From: an uncultured bacterium
GTDB taxonomy: Bacteria; Fidelibacterota; Marinisomatia; Marinisomatales; CAYXUG01
Direction: 5' to 3'
Length of the DNA: 63,306 nt
NCBI GenBank assembly: GCA_964468655.1
Contig: CAYXUG010000003.1
Span: 1 to 63,306, forward strand
Made by a program: the position numbers and the translations under genes. Below, one piece after another: positions 1-7,514 of the stretch. The notes under the pieces were generated by a model. That model saw only the letters and a program-made list of their open reading frames with translations. It made no database searches and was not told the origin of the DNA. How positions within the stretch are numbered: position 1 is the stretch's first letter; each line of letters begins with the position of its first letter.

Positions 1-56
1 TCTTTGGAGAAATTCATCTAAGGTGAGACCACCGCGGGTCATAACACGTTCCGTCT

Positions 57-2576
57 GTGTCGCCTCCCTCTCAAACCTTATGGGCGCCGGTAGATGGAGA
101 TATCACCATCACCTTTGATCAGGCGGTGGAGCCATCAACTATAAGCTCATCCAGTATCTATATCTTTGGCAACTGGATGGGAATTATGCCGGGAACGTTC
201 CAATTGGAGAATGGTAACACTCGGATTCGATTCACGCCCGATGTTCCCTTTTCAGTTGGGGAACTCATCACCATTTCAGTTTCAAAGGATGTTACGAGCA
301 GCGACGGTGATCCCCTCACCTTCGGCTACGCATGGCAGTACTGGACAGCGAGCGGTCCTGGAAGTCTTGATCTCGTCGAAATTGATCGATTTTCCACTCG
401 GCAAGAGGGAGAAGGATGGATTCAGACTTACGGTGCCTATGCCGGCGATCTAAACGGTGATGGCTGGCACGATTTCTCAGTTCCAAACGAGAGGTCGGAC
501 GATGTGAGAGTGTTCTTGAATGATGGCACGGGCAACTACGATCAGGACTTCGACATCTATCCGGTTCCGCCGAATTCCCGGCCAAGCACCAATCAGGGCG
601 CTGACTTTGATGGTGACGGACTGATGGACTTCGTCGTAGGCAACAGTTATTCGAACACCATAAGTGTGTTCATTGGTGACGGTCTTGGAGCCTTTTTTCC
701 ATCGGTCACTTATCCCGCAGATGAGAGTGTTCGGGGGTTGGGCGTCCTTGACCTCGATGGGGATGGAGACCCCGATATTGTTACAACCAACCGGAACGGC
801 AGCAATATCACCATTCTTCCCAACTCAGGCGGCGGAACGTTTGGAACGAGAATTCCCATTGAGGTTGGAGGCGTGAAGGAGAATGCGTGTGCCATCGCGG
901 ATATCAACGAGGACGGCATTCTGGATGCCTTCGTGGGTACCTACGAGAGTGAAGAGATTCTGGTTCTTTTGGGTGATGGACACGGCGGTCTAATTCCCAC
1001 ATCATCAGTGAGTTGCGAGGGGGCAGCGTGGATGGTCTTTGCGGGCGACGTGAATGGAGATGGACATGTGGATGTGGTATCAGCTAATGCATACACCGAT
1101 GAAGCCGCCGTGCTTTTCGGAGATGGCGAGGGTAATCTATCAGCCCCAGTTCTCCACCCTGTTATCGGCTTTCCGTTGGATATTAATCTGGGTGACCTGG
1201 ATGGTGATGGCGACCTCGATCTTGTGACGAGCAGTCTTGGCGTTCCCCATGACCACTTCGGGTTCAATTCTGTGGAAGAAGATACCGGGGCGTGGACGAT
1301 CTATGAAAATGACGGCTTTGGTAATTTTAGTAACCCAAGATTTCTTTATTCCCAGGACGCCGCTTCGTGTTGTACTCTGCATGATCGGGACAGAGACGGA
1401 GACCTTGACCTAACTGGCATTGATGAATCGGACGATTATATTTATGTGTTCGAGAATCTTGGCACGGATCTGGACCAGATGACAGTTGATCACATTTCTG
1501 GATGGAATTTGTTGGGACTGCCTCTCCAAGTTTCCAATTCCAACTATCAGGCGATTTTTCCCGACGCCATCACCGGGACGCTCTACTCCTTTACCGATGA
1601 GGGGGGATATGTGAACGAGTCAAACTTGGATTTTGGGAACGGTTACTGGCTCCGCTTCTCCGATGAAGGGTCGAATACCATTGCCGGATCGCCCTTTACC
1701 GAAGTAACGGTCTCCGTTGCGGAAGGGTGGAATCTGATTTCCGGCATCTCCACTACGGTTTCTGTTTTTGACATTGGCGATCCTGATAATCTGATCATTC
1801 CCGGCACACTATTCGGTTGGATAGGTATTTACGAGTTGTCGGAGGTCATTGAACCGGGGAATGGGTATTGGATTCGTGCCATTGGAAACGGAGAAATCAC
1901 CATTCCCGGCTCAGATGGTAGAAGGCGCGAAGCGGTTGATACTACAAGTCCATTAGAAAACGCCAGCTTTCTGGAGTTCACGAATGGAGAGGGTCACTCT
2001 CAGAAACTCTTCTTCGGCGGCCTAATTCCAGAAGGAGTAGAACTGAGTTATGGACTGCCTCCACTACCTCCCGGCGGACTGGACATCAGGTTTGAAGGCG
2101 ACAGGAGATGGCAGGAAGATGGAGGCGAGATTTCTGTGATGAACGATTCCTATCCACTAATTATCCGCTATGAAATCAGAGACACAAGCGGCGAGACTGG
2201 ATGGATGATCACGAACGAGGCGACAGGAGAAGACCACATTCTCTACGGTGACGGCACACTAGAGATCACATCGCCACTGGAAGGCCTTGCTCTGTCTCGA
2301 GCGGCAGTCCCAACCAGATTCGCTCTTTATCAAAATTATCCCAATCCCTTTAATCCGGTGACGACTATTCGCTATGGTCTGCCGGAAGCAGCCGATGTCC
2401 GGTTGGTGATTTACGACATCCTCGGCCGGGAAGTGACGAGCTTGATCAGCGGATTTTATCCTTCAGGATTTTATGACGTGGTGTGGGACGCCTCGAGTGT
2501 GTCGAGCGGCATCTACATCTATCAAGTGTCAACGGACTACGGACAACTCACCAAGAAACTGGTTCTGCTGAAATAA
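57..2576 (+). CDS. FG-GAP/VCBS-repeat (integrin-alpha-like propeller) protein with a T9SS type-A C-terminal sorting domain. It has no signal peptide and may be 5'-truncated.
   Basis: GTG start at 57. An in-frame TGA at 24-26 closes the frame upstream. Repeated Ca-binding FG-GAP signatures: DLNGDGWHDF, DFDGDGLMDF, DLDGDGDPDIV, DINEDGILDA, DVNGDGHVDVV, DLDGDGDLDLV, DRDGDLDL. The C-terminus YQNYPNPFNPVTTIRYGLP...GIYIYQV...KLVLLK is the Por/T9SS sorting-domain pattern. The N-terminus (MSPPSQTLWAPVDGDITITFDQ) has no hydrophobic leader. Confidence 0.8.
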   Translation: MSPPSQTLWAPVDGDITITFDQAVEPSTISSSSIYIFGNWMGIMPGTFQLENGNTRIRFTPDVPFSVGELITISVSKDVTSSDGDPLTFGYAWQYWTASGPGSLDLVEIDRFSTRQEGEGWIQTYGAYAGDLNGDGWHDFSVPNERSDDVRVFLNDGTGNYDQDFDIYPVPPNSRPSTNQGADFDGDGLMDFVVGNSYSNTISVFIGDGLGAFFPSVTYPADESVRGLGVLDLDGDGDPDIVTTNRNGSNITILPNSGGGTFGTRIPIEVGGVKENACAIADINEDGILDAFVGTYESEEILVLLGDGHGGLIPTSSVSCEGAAWMVFAGDVNGDGHVDVVSANAYTDEAAVLFGDGEGNLSAPVLHPVIGFPLDINLGDLDGDGDLDLVTSSLGVPHDHFGFNSVEEDTGAWTIYENDGFGNFSNPRFLYSQDAASCCTLHDRDRDGDLDLTGIDESDDYIYVFENLGTDLDQMTVDHISGWNLLGLPLQVSNSNYQAIFPDAITGTLYSFTDEGGYVNESNLDFGNGYWLRFSDEGSNTIAGSPFTEVTVSVAEGWNLISGISTTVSVFDIGDPDNLIIPGTLFGWIGIYELSEVIEPGNGYWIRAIGNGEITIPGSDGRRREAVDTTSPLENASFLEFTNGEGHSQKLFFGGLIPEGVELSYGLPPLPPGGLDIRFEGDRRWQEDGGEISVMNDSYPLIIRYEIRDTSGETGWMITNEATGEDHILYGDGTLEITSPLEGLALSRAAVPTRFALYQNYPNPFNPVTTIRYGLPEAADVRLVIYDILGREVTSLISGFYPSGFYDVVWDASSVSSGIYIYQVSTDYGQLTKKLVLLK

Positions 2577-2602
2577 TCCGTACAGAACGATATCTGTTAT
2601 TC

Positions 2603-3445
2603 ATGCTCGCTGTGCTCATCACGTCGGCAGCTACCGCTACCATTATCAGCATTCCTGAGGACTATCCCACGATTCAGGAGGGGATTAATGCTGCCACAAC
2701 AGGCGACTCCGTTCTCGTTGCACCGGGCACGTACGTTGAAAATATCAACTACAACGGCAAGAACATGGTGGTTGGCTCTTGGTTCTTGGTTACTGGTGAT
2801 ACAAGCTACATCTCGCAGACGGTGATTGATGGGAACCAAAGTGGGAGTGTGGTGACGTTTGAGAGTGGAGAAAATTCCAACGCACAATTAACCGGGTTTA
2901 CCATTACAAACGGTACGACTGTGACTGGCGGCGGGATTTATTGCCAAGGTTCTATTCCGAGTTTGATTAATACTATTCTATGGAACGATTTGCCGCAGGA
3001 GATTTATATCGGTTCAGGTTCAGTTAATGTATTTTACTCCGGTATTCAGGGAGGCTGGGAAGGCGAAGGCAACATTGACACCGATCCCCTCTTTGTCGAT
3101 CCCGAAAACGGTGATTTTACATTGCAATCTAACTCCCCCTGCATTGATGCAGGCACAGACTTCTTTGTCTGGGAAGGAGACACATTGGTGGATATGTCCC
3201 TTGACGATTATTATGGCACAGCTCCCGATATGGGAGTGTTTGAGTGGACAGGGTCGGAATATCTTTTAGGTGATGTGAATGGCGATGGTGTAGTAGACAT
3301 TTTTGATATTATTATTGTTGTAGATTTTATTCTTGGTAACCAAACTCTCACACCTTCACAATTTACCGCTGCTGATCTCAATCACGATATGTTTATCGAT
3401 GTGTTTGATGTTGTGTTGCTTGTAGAAGTCATTTTAGGAAATTAA
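2603..3445 (+). CDS. secreted right-handed beta-helix protein with a C-terminal type-I dockerin-like module
   Basis: The ATG at 2603 gives the leader MLAVLITSAATATI. The track start at 2483 overlaps the previous gene. Beta-helix pattern: IQEGINAATTGDSVLVAPGTYVENI, ITNGTTVTGGGIYC, PLFVDPENGDFTLQSNSPCIDAG. Two dockerin EF-hand-like repeats: GDVNGDGVVDIFDIIIVVDFILG and ADLNHDMFIDVFDVVLLVEVILG. Confidence 0.7.
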   Translation: MLAVLITSAATATIISIPEDYPTIQEGINAATTGDSVLVAPGTYVENINYNGKNMVVGSWFLVTGDTSYISQTVIDGNQSGSVVTFESGENSNAQLTGFTITNGTTVTGGGIYCQGSIPSLINTILWNDLPQEIYIGSGSVNVFYSGIQGGWEGEGNIDTDPLFVDPENGDFTLQSNSPCIDAGTDFFVWEGDTLVDMSLDDYYGTAPDMGVFEWTGSEYLLGDVNGDGVVDIFDIIIVVDFILGNQTLTPSQFTAADLNHDMFIDVFDVVLLVEVILGN

Positions 3446-3591
3446 AAAGCACAATATTCCCAAACAAAAATCGAGGATCTATTTTTCAATTCCTTTCTTC
3501 GTGTATTTACCTTAGATAAGTTCTTTCCACCTGCAATTTTTGTGTGGTATATTTCGCTTCATTTTAAATCCACCTAATACATTAAATTCTG

Positions 3592-6500
3592 TTGAAAAAA
3601 CTTCTTTTATTCTTTAAGCCGGTATTATTGGTACTTCTGTCATTAGCAGCGGGGCAGAGTACAGACCACCTCCTCATCTCCGAATTTGTTTTGGCTCCCA
3701 GTGATGTTGAGTTTATTGAACTGTATAACCCCACATCGTCAACCATTGATCTTTCGGATTATTACATCACTGACGGAACGGATTCGTCCGCAAGTGAATA
3801 TTATTACCGGCTGCCGGAAGATTCCTCGTTTTACAGCGGTACAAGTTCTGATTTTATTGCACGGTTCCCGAGCGGGAGTACCATAGGAGTTGAACAATAT
3901 GTAATTCTGGCTAAGCTGACATCTGAGTTTAACGCAAATTACGGATTCAATCCCGATTTTGAGTTTCAGTCTGACAGCGATGATGTGCCTGATATGAGGG
4001 ATGCAGTGGACAGTGAAGCCACCATAGGGACAACATCGGGCGGTTATTTATCCAATTCCAGTGAAGTGCTCATTTTGTTCAAATGGGATGGAGAAAGTGA
4101 TCTTGTTGAGGATGTGGACTACGTAACCTGGGGGAATCAAAGTAAAGGTGTGGATAAAACAGGAATTGCCATTGATGGTCCTGATTCAGACAGCGATTTA
4201 TCTCAGTACCTGGATGATACCTCAATTGACCTTCAGTCTTTTACTGCCACAACTAGTACCACCGGAAAGTCCATACAAAGGCAATTTCCTTATGAAGTTG
4301 GAGAAACATCAGCAGGTGGGAATGGGATGACAGGTAACAATGAAACGGGTGAAAACCTTGATTCAGCTTTCGTGGAATATTCAGTTACACCCGGATTTGG
4401 AATGTGGGAGACATCACCACAAATCACAAGTGTGGATTACTCACCTGATGTGCCAGTGGTAGGGGATACATTGACAGTTTCAGGAGCTATCACCGATATT
4501 GACGGCACTGTTGTAACAGCCAGATTGATTTATAATCAAGCTGAAAATGATTCGGTTGACATGACCACATTGGACGGTGAAAACTATTCGGGATCTGTGG
4601 AATTGATCTCTGATGATCAGTTTAGATTCACTATAAAAGCAGTGGATGACAGTGGGAATGTTACCATAAGTCCTGAAATTACGGTTGAAATTCAGTCGAG
4701 TAATCCGCCTGAAATTATTTTTCTCAGTCACAATCCGGCTTCGCCAACTGCGGACGATTCTGTTCGTATTAGTTTAGTGGCGGTTGAAGATAATGAAATT
4801 GATTCTGCGACTTTAAATTATACTCTTGATGAAAATCCCGGCAATCAATCAGAGTTTATTACCATTGAAATGACTGCAGATTCAGTTGTAATTGATACAT
4901 TTTATTATTCCACTTTTATTCCTCCTTTTGATTTTGGTACTCAAGTCACCTATTATTCAGTTATTACAGATAACCATGGTCTTAAGGACTCTACTAGTCT
5001 TGATTTAGCGCGCCAATACACAATTTTATCATCTTCGAGTATTACTATTGCTGAAATACGTGAAAACATTGATGATTTGGATGGACAAACGATTACGGTA
5101 GATGGTGTAATAACAGTTCCTATGGACATTATTAGAACAGATATCCATGAAGCTTTTTTACAGGATGAGTCGGGGCAGGGAATCGTCATTTTTTCATATG
5201 ATGCGGACCCGTCAATACAACGTGGTGATTCCATTATGATAACAGCAACGGTAGATGAGTTCGAGGGGAAACCGGAATTGATTGATTATTCAATTACAAC
5301 TTTAGACACAAATGCAACAATTCCCTTTGTTGAAATCAATATTCAGGAATTTAACAGCTTAGACTATTCGTACACTTTTGTGAAGTTGGAAGGAACAATC
5401 ATAGCAAGATCAAATCCAGGTGGATCAAATACCGGTGCAAATATAGTTATTCAGGATGAATCAGGAGGAGCTACAACAATCAGAATCTGGAATTCCACCA
5501 ACATTCTTTACAATGAAAGTTATGAAATTGTAAATACAGAATTAGACTCACTCCTTCAGGTTGGTAATGTAATTGAAGTGAGCGGTATTGGTGATTCTTA
5601 CGAAGGAAGTTCACAAATACTTCCAGCATTTGAAAATGATATTGTTATTTTGGAAGTCAACGAACCTGAGCCAACGCCGGATTTGTCAATTGCTGAAATA
5701 CGTGAAAACATTGATGATTTGGATGGACAAACGATTACGGTAGATGGTGTAATAACAGTTCCTATGGACATTATTAGAACAGATATCCATGAAGCTTTTT
5801 TACAGGATGAGTCGGGGCAGGGAATCGTCATTTTTTCATATGATGCGGACCCGTCAATACAACGTGGTGATTCCATTATGATAACAGCAACGGTAGATGA
5901 GTTCGAGGGGAAACCGGAATTGATTGATTATTCAATTACAACTTTAGACACAAATGCAGCAATACCATTTGTTGACCTCGATATTCAGGAATTCAATACC
6001 TTAGAATATTCGTACACCTTTGTGAAATTGTGGGGGAGAATTATTGCACGGTCAAATCCGACACCAACAAATTCCGGTGCAAATATAGATATTCAGGATG
6101 AATCAGGAGGAGTTACAACAATCAGAATCTGGAATTCCACCAACATTCTTTACAATGAAAATAATGAAATTTTAAATACAGAATTGGATTCATTGCTTCA
6201 AATCGGTACTGATATTGAAGTTTACGGTATTGGTGATTCATTCAGTGGAAGCTCACAAATACTGCCCGCTTATGCAGAGGATATCAGCGAAAAACTAGAA
6301 GGAATTGCAGGTGATTTTGAAACTTCCTTAGAGATTGAACCTTACCCGTTTGTCCCTCAATGGGGAGAAGTTATTAAATACACTTATAGTTTTCCGGACA
6401 ATGCAAGAATTAAGCTGAGAGTGTTTGACTTATCAGGTAGGTTCATAACCACACTTTTTGATGAATTCAGAGGAATCTCATTTTATAAAGAAGCCATCTG

Positions 6501-6633
6501 GGATGGCAGAAATGATCTGAACGAGGTTGTTCCACCGGGAGTGTACCTCATGCATTTGGAGGTTACGGATAAACTGAAGGGAAAAACGACAACGGATGTA
6601 GCGCCGGTGGTCATTGGCGTGAGAATGAAATGA
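3592..6633 (+). CDS. large secreted surface protein with no catalytic domain: lamin-tail domain, Ig-like modules, two OB-fold-like modules (ExeM/NucH type) and a FlgD-Ig/T9SS-like C-terminal domain
   Basis: TTG start with signal peptide MKKLLLFFKPVLLVLLSLAAG. LTD pattern: LLISEFVLAPSDVEFIELYNPTSSTIDLSDYYITDG...VDYVTWG. Duplicated module: IAEIRENIDDLDGQTITVDGVITV...EAFLQDESGQGIVIF...RGDSIMITATVDEFEGKPEL. C-terminal pattern: IKLRVFDLSGRFITTL...GVYLMHLEV. Confidence 0.75.
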   Translation: MKKLLLFFKPVLLVLLSLAAGQSTDHLLISEFVLAPSDVEFIELYNPTSSTIDLSDYYITDGTDSSASEYYYRLPEDSSFYSGTSSDFIARFPSGSTIGVEQYVILAKLTSEFNANYGFNPDFEFQSDSDDVPDMRDAVDSEATIGTTSGGYLSNSSEVLILFKWDGESDLVEDVDYVTWGNQSKGVDKTGIAIDGPDSDSDLSQYLDDTSIDLQSFTATTSTTGKSIQRQFPYEVGETSAGGNGMTGNNETGENLDSAFVEYSVTPGFGMWETSPQITSVDYSPDVPVVGDTLTVSGAITDIDGTVVTARLIYNQAENDSVDMTTLDGENYSGSVELISDDQFRFTIKAVDDSGNVTISPEITVEIQSSNPPEIIFLSHNPASPTADDSVRISLVAVEDNEIDSATLNYTLDENPGNQSEFITIEMTADSVVIDTFYYSTFIPPFDFGTQVTYYSVITDNHGLKDSTSLDLARQYTILSSSSITIAEIRENIDDLDGQTITVDGVITVPMDIIRTDIHEAFLQDESGQGIVIFSYDADPSIQRGDSIMITATVDEFEGKPELIDYSITTLDTNATIPFVEINIQEFNSLDYSYTFVKLEGTIIARSNPGGSNTGANIVIQDESGGATTIRIWNSTNILYNESYEIVNTELDSLLQVGNVIEVSGIGDSYEGSSQILPAFENDIVILEVNEPEPTPDLSIAEIRENIDDLDGQTITVDGVITVPMDIIRTDIHEAFLQDESGQGIVIFSYDADPSIQRGDSIMITATVDEFEGKPELIDYSITTLDTNAAIPFVDLDIQEFNTLEYSYTFVKLWGRIIARSNPTPTNSGANIDIQDESGGVTTIRIWNSTNILYNENNEILNTELDSLLQIGTDIEVYGIGDSFSGSSQILPAYAEDISEKLEGIAGDFETSLEIEPYPFVPQWGEVIKYTYSFPDNARIKLRVFDLSGRFITTLFDEFRGISFYKEAIWDGRNDLNEVVPPGVYLMHLEVTDKLKGKTTTDVAPVVIGVRMK
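5047..6290 (+). repeat. intragenic tandem duplication with a unit of about 642 bp (214 aa); the first 270 bp of the two copies are identical
   Basis: 5047-5316 is identical base-for-base to 5689-5958 (first difference a/g at 5317/5959). The rest of each unit is clearly homologous but diverged. The two antisense ORFs in the track (4953-5234 and 5598-5876) share identical N-terminal sequence for this reason. Confidence 0.9.
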
Positions 6634-7514
6634 AGAAGTTCCTTATCATAATTGGGTTTTGGTTTTGCATCCTTTCTGGGCAGGTTACATCAGATTATCT
6701 GTACAAAGGTCCTCGAACAGCCGCATTGGCAGGTAGCTCTATCGGCCGAACAAGTGATGGCTGGGCAATCTTCAATAATCCTGCCGGGCTTTCTCAGGTG
6801 GAGGGAATGTCTATTGTTGCCGGTTCGCAAAAAATATTTAATCTATCTTTCCTGCCCTATACCGTGGCAGGCGGAACATTTAATCTGAAGAATGCCGGTG
6901 TTATTGGCGCTGGTGTGGAAACCATGTCTGTGAAATATGATGCTATCAAATTAACCAGTGAGACAGCCATCAGATTTAGTCACGGATTTTATCTGCAGAA
7001 AGATGTTATTTCTTCGCTTGCGTTTGGTTATTCGCTGAAATTCTTCCAGTTGGATTATGGTCAATCTGCCGGACCCTCCGGGGATGGAACCGATGGTGTA
7101 AATCTTGGAAAAGGTAATGCTATAGGACTTGATATAGGTTTGCAGGCATCTCTCCGCGATCGGCACTGGATTGGTGTATTTGTTTCAAATATTAATCGAC
7201 CTAAAATTGGAGAAGGGTCTACTTCAACTCCACTCCCTCAACGGCTTCAGGCAGGATTCGGCTATTCCCCGTATTCTGTAGTCTGGACATACTTCTCACT
7301 CACCAAAGCGGTGAATCACGATACTCAGTACCACGCCGGAATTGAGTACTACCTCTTTAAAAATATAAGATTAATGTTTGGGACGCATACCGGTCCTTCC
7401 CGGTTTGGTGCCGGTATTTCTGCTGATCTCAATTTTCTTAATATCAGCTACGGACTTATTACCCACCCTGTTTTACCATTAACGCATCAATTTTCCTTTG
7501 GAGCCAATCTGTGA
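6630..7514 (+). CDS. outer-membrane beta-barrel protein, FadL/PorV/PorQ-like
   Basis: ATGA overlap with the upstream stop at 6630/6633. Signal peptide MKKFLIIIGFWFCILSG. N-terminal motif: RTAALAGSSIGRTSDGWAIFNNPAGL. The rest has alternating beta-strand character. Confidence 0.55.
   Translation: MKKFLIIIGFWFCILSGQVTSDYLYKGPRTAALAGSSIGRTSDGWAIFNNPAGLSQVEGMSIVAGSQKIFNLSFLPYTVAGGTFNLKNAGVIGAGVETMSVKYDAIKLTSETAIRFSHGFYLQKDVISSLAFGYSLKFFQLDYGQSAGPSGDGTDGVNLGKGNAIGLDIGLQASLRDRHWIGVFVSNINRPKIGEGSTSTPLPQRLQAGFGYSPYSVVWTYFSLTKAVNHDTQYHAGIEYYLFKNIRLMFGTHTGPSRFGAGISADLNFLNISYGLITHPVLPLTHQFSFGANL

Noticed and set aside
2483-2602. The track's longer N-terminal extension of the dockerin protein, along with similar extensions at 11290, 15147, 17286, 25494, 36190, 45858, 47693, 50952 and 55539.
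   Set aside because: The extensions overlap the preceding gene or lack leader or SD logic. Internal starts give proper signal peptides or canonical N-termini.
4953-5876. Two minus-strand ORFs (4953-5234 and 5598-5876) with identical N-terminal sequences. They could be mistaken for a duplicated antisense gene.
   Set aside because: They are antisense shadows of the 270-bp identical core of the tandem duplication inside the 3592-6633 gene. They have no start context and lie fully inside a strongly supported plus-strand CDS.
5047-6290. The tandem repeat considered as a CRISPR array or satellite.
   Set aside because: There are only two units of 642 bp. They are in frame and code for a protein domain. 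There is no short repeat/spacer periodicity.
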